Source: a virus (Duplodnaviria; Caudoviricetes). Taken from it: a stretch of 28,924 bases of DNA. Shown one piece after another: positions 23,953 through 28,924 of this stretch. Numbering within the stretch: the first letter of the stretch is position 1; each line of letters begins with the position of its first letter. The DNA lies in the IMG/VR virus record IMGVR_UViG_3300032277_000058, positions 1 to 28,924 of that record; one strand, 5' to 3'. The notes beneath the pieces are model-generated. The model saw nothing but the letters and a program-made list of their open reading frames with translations. It was not told where the DNA came from and ran no database searches. Both the position numbers and the translations under genes were made by a program.

Positions 23953-24666
23953 ATGGGAACCTATCTCTCGATCTGCAAGGATGTGGCCCGCGAGTCCGGC
24001 GTTGTGCCGACTTGGGCCTCCATCTCGACCATGCAAGACCAGACTGGGCGCATCCAGCGGATCGGGGAGTGGGTCAACACGGCCCACAAGGACGTTCAGA
24101 TGGCGCAGGACTGGCTCTGGCTTGTGGACGACTTCTCTGGCGCCCTGACAGCCTCCACACAGCGTTACAGCGCGGCCTCGATCCTGAGTGCAGGGGATGC
24201 AGCACGGTTCTCCGATTGGGACTTCTACGACCGCGACCAATGCCCTGCCTTCTCGATCTATCTGACGTCTGACGGGCAGAGCAAAGAGCAGCATATCAAG
24301 TTTGTGCCGTGGCAACAGTTCCGCCGCTCTTACATGTTCGGAGTCAATGCGACCGAGACCGGTCAGCCTTCGGTGGTTTCGGTCGATCCGCAGCAGCAAC
24401 TTGTGTTCTACCCTATCCCAGACGCGGCCTACACCGTGCGCGGGTTGTTCGAGAAGAACGCGCAGACGCTTACCGAAGACGACGACACGCCAGAGATGCC
24501 GGCAGACTTTCACGACATCATCATGTGGAAGGCGCTTGGCTTGCTGGGCCTCTTTGATGAGGCCGGTGCGCAGATGCCCGGCTGGGAGAAAGAAGAGCGC
24601 AAACTCTATCGCCGCCTGATGGGGCACCAACTCCCTGAAATCAAAACTGCGGGGCCGATTGCGTAA
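23953..24666 (+). CDS. Head-tail adaptor protein
   Basis: Motifs TYL.IC..V.RE.G, WVN.A...Q...W.W, YP.PD..YTV and D.P..P.DFH..I. Position also fits. Confidence 0.8.
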   Translation: MGTYLSICKDVARESGVVPTWASISTMQDQTGRIQRIGEWVNTAHKDVQMAQDWLWLVDDFSGALTASTQRYSAASILSAGDAARFSDWDFYDRDQCPAFSIYLTSDGQSKEQHIKFVPWQQFRRSYMFGVNATETGQPSVVSVDPQQQLVFYPIPDAAYTVRGLFEKNAQTLTEDDDTPEMPADFHDIIMWKALGLLGLFDEAGAQMPGWEKEERKLYRRLMGHQLPEIKTAGPIA

Positions 24667-26765
24667 TGCAGCAAGAGGAAATCATCCAGCTGCGCGGCGG
24701 CCTTGATCTGGTCACACCGGCCATCAATGTGCCGAAGGGCAAGTGCATCTCATGCAAGAACTATGAGGTCACGGCCCGCGGTTATCGTCGCTGCGATGGG
24801 TATGAGGCATATGACGGGCAACCATCACCCTCTGCCGCGTCCTATAGCGTGCTGAACTTCGATGCAGGCACAGCGGCCATCTCCGCAGGGGATACGGTCA
24901 CAGGCGCGACATCCGGCGCCACAGGCGTTGCTCTTTACGATGCCACGGTCTCAAGCGGCGCATATGGCACCAATGATGCTGTTGGCTTTGTGGTGCTGCA
25001 TTCAATCAGTGGCACCTTTGCTGACGATGAGAATTTGCAGGTCTCCGCAGTGACGAAAGCCGTGGCCAATGACACTCAGGTCTTGAACAGCGCGGCGACA
25101 AACGATCTGCACCTGACCTACACCGAAGCGGCCATCGCTGCCGTGCGGGCAAACATTGCAGCTGTTCCCGGCTCTGGGGCCATCTTGGGCGTCCACACCT
25201 ATGACGGGGATGTCTATGCATTCCGTAACAACGCGGGCGGCACCAAATGCGTGATGCACAAGGCCACGTCTTCGGGGTGGGCTGAGCAGACCTTTGGCAA
25301 GATCCTGCACTTCGATGCAGGCACGGCAGCATTTGAGGAAGATGAAACCCTCACGGGTGGCACGTCCGGTGCCACAGCCACCATTGACCGGATTGTCCCG
25401 CAAGATGGAGACTGGACCACAAACGACCAGACCGGCTACCTGATCCTGTCATCGGTCTCCGGCACGTTCCAAGACAACGAGACTATCACAGGCGGCACGT
25501 CTTCGGGTTCTGCCACAGAGGATGGCACCGCAGACGACATCGAGTTGGCCGCTTCTGGCCGGGTGCGCTGCGTGAACCACAACTTCTATGCGGTGGATCA
25601 GGGCGATCTGTCCCGCATGTATGGCGTGACTACTACGGGCCGCGCCTTTGAATGGGATGGATCAACGCTGACTCCGATCAAGACGGGGCTTTCAGACGCG
25701 CTCGACAAGCCAAAGTTCATTGGCGTTCACGCGATGCATCTTCTGCTTGGGTATAACGGCGGCTCGATCCAGCACTCAGCCACGGGAAACCCGCTGAACT
25801 GGTCTGCGGTGGATCTATCAGGCGAGATTGGCATCGGTGAAGACCTTACGGGGATTATCTCTGCCGCCTCGACCGCCAGCGTATTCTTTGGTGAAACCAC
25901 CATCTCATATCTGACCGGCTCAGTGCCGGGGGCGTCCGGTGACTTCAACCTGTCCACCATCACCAAAGAGGCGGGCGGCAAGGTTGATAGCGTGGTGATG
26001 GCTGACCAGCCGCTCTATCTGGACAATCAGGGGGTTCGCAAACTCTCCACCAGCCAAGCCTTCGGCAACTGGAAGCGCGGCACACTCACACGCATGGTGC
26101 AGCCCCTCATGGACGCCAAGAAGGCAGCAAATGCCTATCCAGTTGGCGCGGCGGCGGTTCGCAACAAGGACCAGTACCGGCTATTTTTCAGCGATGGCGA
26201 TGTGCTGGTGATCTACCTTGGCCGCCGCGACCCTGAAATCACGCCTATCGTGCTGGACTTTACGCCAGCTTGTGTTGAGCGCGGCATTGACGCCAACGGG
26301 GAAGAAATCCTGTTCTGCGGCACATCTGACGGATGGGTCTACCGGATGGACGTGGGCAAGAGCTTCAACGGGTCCAGCATCGAAAGCTACATCCGCTTTT
26401 CTTGGATGCATCAGGGCGCCCCGAACAACAACAAGCGGTATCACAATCTGCGGGTTGAACTCGACAGCGGCGCAGGTGAAATCACGCTCACCACGGCAGT
26501 TGAATACACCTACGGCGACGATGAGATTGTTCCGGTTGGCGGCAATGATACAGCGGTGCCCGGCTCTGGCGGTATCTGGGATGTGTCCCTCTGGGATCAG
26601 TTCTTTTGGGACAGCAAGGTCCAGCAGACATTGAACGTCGATCTGGACGCCATCGGCACCAACATGAGTTTCGCGATCCTCTCGGATCAGGCAGATGAGT
26701 CAGCTTACACGCTGTCTTCGGCCACCATCAACTTCACCCCTCGCAGGCAGAGTAGAAGAGCATGA
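24666..26765 (+). CDS. Tail nozzle / DNA stabilisation protein (P22 gp10 / T7 gp12 analogue)
   Basis: Starts with GGLDL..P.......N and GYRR.DG. Beta-propeller-like composition, WD...WD near the C-terminus, two inserted repeats. Confidence 0.8.
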   Translation: MQQEEIIQLRGGLDLVTPAINVPKGKCISCKNYEVTARGYRRCDGYEAYDGQPSPSAASYSVLNFDAGTAAISAGDTVTGATSGATGVALYDATVSSGAYGTNDAVGFVVLHSISGTFADDENLQVSAVTKAVANDTQVLNSAATNDLHLTYTEAAIAAVRANIAAVPGSGAILGVHTYDGDVYAFRNNAGGTKCVMHKATSSGWAEQTFGKILHFDAGTAAFEEDETLTGGTSGATATIDRIVPQDGDWTTNDQTGYLILSSVSGTFQDNETITGGTSSGSATEDGTADDIELAASGRVRCVNHNFYAVDQGDLSRMYGVTTTGRAFEWDGSTLTPIKTGLSDALDKPKFIGVHAMHLLLGYNGGSIQHSATGNPLNWSAVDLSGEIGIGEDLTGIISAASTASVFFGETTISYLTGSVPGASGDFNLSTITKEAGGKVDSVVMADQPLYLDNQGVRKLSTSQAFGNWKRGTLTRMVQPLMDAKKAANAYPVGAAAVRNKDQYRLFFSDGDVLVIYLGRRDPEITPIVLDFTPACVERGIDANGEEILFCGTSDGWVYRMDVGKSFNGSSIESYIRFSWMHQGAPNNNKRYHNLRVELDSGAGEITLTTAVEYTYGDDEIVPVGGNDTAVPGSGGIWDVSLWDQFFWDSKVQQTLNVDLDAIGTNMSFAILSDQADESAYTLSSATINFTPRRQSRRA

Positions 26766-28162
26766 GCGCAGCAGATTATTTCACACAGACGGCTCTTGTA
26801 GCGCAAACGCTTGCGCGGGCATCAGCGGTTAACACAAACCTATCAGCTATTGAGGCGGGCTTTGGGCGACTGCCTGACCGTGCCATCACTGACACTGGCC
26901 GCGTTACCTTTTGCCTGACCGCAGGCGCAGCAGATGTCTACACCGTCACCATGCACAAGACGCCGGCCGCCTACTACAACGGCATGTCTTTGATCATTGA
27001 AGTTCACGCGACCAACACCGGCGCTTGCACGATCAACGTGGATAGCTTGGGCGCGAAAGCCATCAAGATCATGAACGGGACTGAACCGGCAGCGGGCGAC
27101 TTGACCGCGGGTGACTTCCTTTCCCTGACTTATGACAGCGACAGCGGTTTCTTTGTCATCACGTCCGTTGTGCGATCGGTCATCAACGGTCAGGCGTCGA
27201 TGTCCGATGATGATATTCTCGATGCAATCCGCCGCGCCACAGACCCCGGCACGTTGAGCCACACGACCGGAACCATCTCGATTGATTGCTCAACATCTGA
27301 AACTTTCTCTTTTGAGGCAGATACTTACACCCCGTCGAGCGTTACATTCGTCGCCTCCAAAAACATCACCTCAACGGGGGTAACGGCTCTGCCAGCGACC
27401 GCCCAAGAGGGCGATTATGTATTGGTGTTCATTGCGTACAACCCGGCAGGCACATCCAATGTGAACGGCGGATATTCGACAGCGGGCTTCGTGCTTGTTG
27501 GCAGCACCGCCGCTATGGCGTGTTACTACAAGAAAATGGGGGCAACGCCGGATACAACGGTTGATGTCTCTTCCATGACCACCGGCAACGCCACCATTGT
27601 TATCTTGCGCGGATGTGATGGGACAACGCTGGAAGACACCGCCGAAATCGACGCATCAAACGCAAGCTCAAGCACCCCGGACCCAGCCTCGATCACGACC
27701 GTCACAGATGGAGCTATGGTCATCGCAGCCATCGCTTGTTCGAATGATATTTCAGGTTCAGGGATGCCCGCTGGGTACACCGAGATAGAAAATGTGTTCT
27801 CCGGTAAATCCAACGTCACGATGTACAAATCCATAGCCACGGCAGGTGCGGAAGACCCAGGCGGCTATGGCTCCGCAACAACCAACTGGGCAGCGACCAC
27901 CTATGCCTTCCGCCCAGGCGTAGGGTCTGGAACCAAAGATTACACAGTCAGCGTTTCCAATGTTCCTGCTGCTGGCCTGTACCGAATGCGCCTGTTCTTG
28001 GAGTTGAAAACCACACTGGGAGCATGGACATGGCCAGCGGGCTGGGAATGGGCAGGCGGGTCTGCCCCAGCGATGAACACCGTCAAGGTCCACGAAATTG
28101 TCGTCACCTATATCGACGGGGCCAACCCTCGCGCCGAATACATTGGAGCATATGATGCCTGA
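26762..28162 (+). CDS. Tail fibre / receptor-binding protein
   Basis: N-terminal anchor (VN..L.AIEAGF..LP), Y..GM.......NTGA.TINVD.LGAK.I module, and T/S/G/A-rich beta modules. Confidence 0.8.
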   Translation: MSAADYFTQTALVAQTLARASAVNTNLSAIEAGFGRLPDRAITDTGRVTFCLTAGAADVYTVTMHKTPAAYYNGMSLIIEVHATNTGACTINVDSLGAKAIKIMNGTEPAAGDLTAGDFLSLTYDSDSGFFVITSVVRSVINGQASMSDDDILDAIRRATDPGTLSHTTGTISIDCSTSETFSFEADTYTPSSVTFVASKNITSTGVTALPATAQEGDYVLVFIAYNPAGTSNVNGGYSTAGFVLVGSTAAMACYYKKMGATPDTTVDVSSMTTGNATIVILRGCDGTTLEDTAEIDASNASSSTPDPASITTVTDGAMVIAAIACSNDISGSGMPAGYTEIENVFSGKSNVTMYKSIATAGAEDPGGYGSATTNWAATTYAFRPGVGSGTKDYTVSVSNVPAAGLYRMRLFLELKTTLGAWTWPAGWEWAGGSAPAMNTVKVHEIVVTYIDGANPRAEYIGAYDA

Positions 28163-28715
28163 TTTCCTGAGAATTGTAGATGGTCAGGTGGTCTACCCAT
28201 ACGACCTTGACGAACTGCGCAAGACAATCAGCCTGCGGGAAAACCCTGATGCGCGTGATCTGGCGCGGTTTAGTGTGTTTCACGTCCATACCGTTCAAAA
28301 GCCCGCTGATGAATTTGGCAAGGCCTGGGTGAAGGATGAAACGCCAACACTTGAGCGCGGCCTGTGGCGTCTAAGTTGGGCGCAGCGCGACATGACCGCA
28401 GAGGAACTTGCAACGGTGCGGGCTGATATGGCGGTATCCCGGATGCAGCTAACAATCGCCCTAGCGTCAATGGAAATCATTACCCCGGCAGAGGCGGAGG
28501 GATGGGTTGGAGGCACAAGCCTTCCTCTTGTGGCGGTCACGGCCATCAATGCATCACCGCTGTCAGATGTTGAAAAGATGGGCGCACGGATCAAAGCTTT
28601 GGGGGCGCAAAATGTTCACCGCAACAACCCGTTGACCAAAATGATTCAAACAGCAGCAAGCCTGACAGAAGAACAGGTTGACCAACTGTTCATCAACGCC
28701 GCGCAGATCGACTAA
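28155..28715 (+). CDS. Putative tail fibre assembly chaperone
   Basis: Follows the fibre gene. Motifs YPY....LR..., VSR.Q...AL and R..PL........LT.EQVD.LF..AA. Confidence 0.7.
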   Translation: MPDFLRIVDGQVVYPYDLDELRKTISLRENPDARDLARFSVFHVHTVQKPADEFGKAWVKDETPTLERGLWRLSWAQRDMTAEELATVRADMAVSRMQLTIALASMEIITPAEAEGWVGGTSLPLVAVTAINASPLSDVEKMGARIKALGAQNVHRNNPLTKMIQTAASLTEEQVDQLFINAAQID

Positions 28716-28786
28716 CAACTTCACCGCCCTTATGGGCAACACCGAGGGCAAGCCCCCTCATACCTTGCTCTTGAAGGAGAAAAAAC

Positions 28787-28924
28787 ATGAGCGATACCAT
28801 CCTGCCGAAAGGCTACAAACTGAAAGACTCGGATTATGTCTGCGTCGTCACTCAGGGCCAGAAAGCCCTTCTGCCCGCCAAACAGATTGGCACAGGCGAA
28901 ACTCTGGATGTCGCACCAGCCGCA
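28787..28924 (+). CDS. Partial CDS, probable tail or other structural protein
   Basis: RBS AAGGAG. Reads MSDTILPKGYKLKDSDYVCVVTQG... and stays open to the window end. Confidence 0.65.
   Translation, partial: MSDTILPKGYKLKDSDYVCVVTQGQKALLPAKQIGTGETLDVAPAA

Overview
This window is a 28.9-kb slice of a tailed dsDNA phage genome with lambdoid organisation and podovirus-type morphogenesis genes. The host is probably an alphaproteobacterium (Rhodobacteraceae-like), which is an inference from protein styles. Left to right: (1) a leftward early recombination operon (RecE-like exonuclease, RecT-like annealase, LexA-type HTH, DUF1364-like, coiled-coil protein); (2) an immunity switch in which cI survives only as an internally deleted remnant, opposite a cro-like gene; (3) a rightward replication operon (GapR-like, RuvC-like, DnaB, initiator with iterons, MT-A70 methyltransferase, multi-HTH protein); (4) a second leftward early operon ending in a large adenine methyltransferase; (5) a CAU tRNA; (6) the late operon (putative head spike genes, TerS, TerL, portal, scaffold, N4-gp56-like capsid, decoration, adaptor, nozzle, tail fibre, chaperone). 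The most notable observations are a large terminase carrying a second, catalytically decayed P22-gp2-like nuclease domain, a deleted repressor whose two ends are still readable, and three aligned promoters that share a 17-bp palindromic operator. All family assignments come from motif recognition; no database searches were run.
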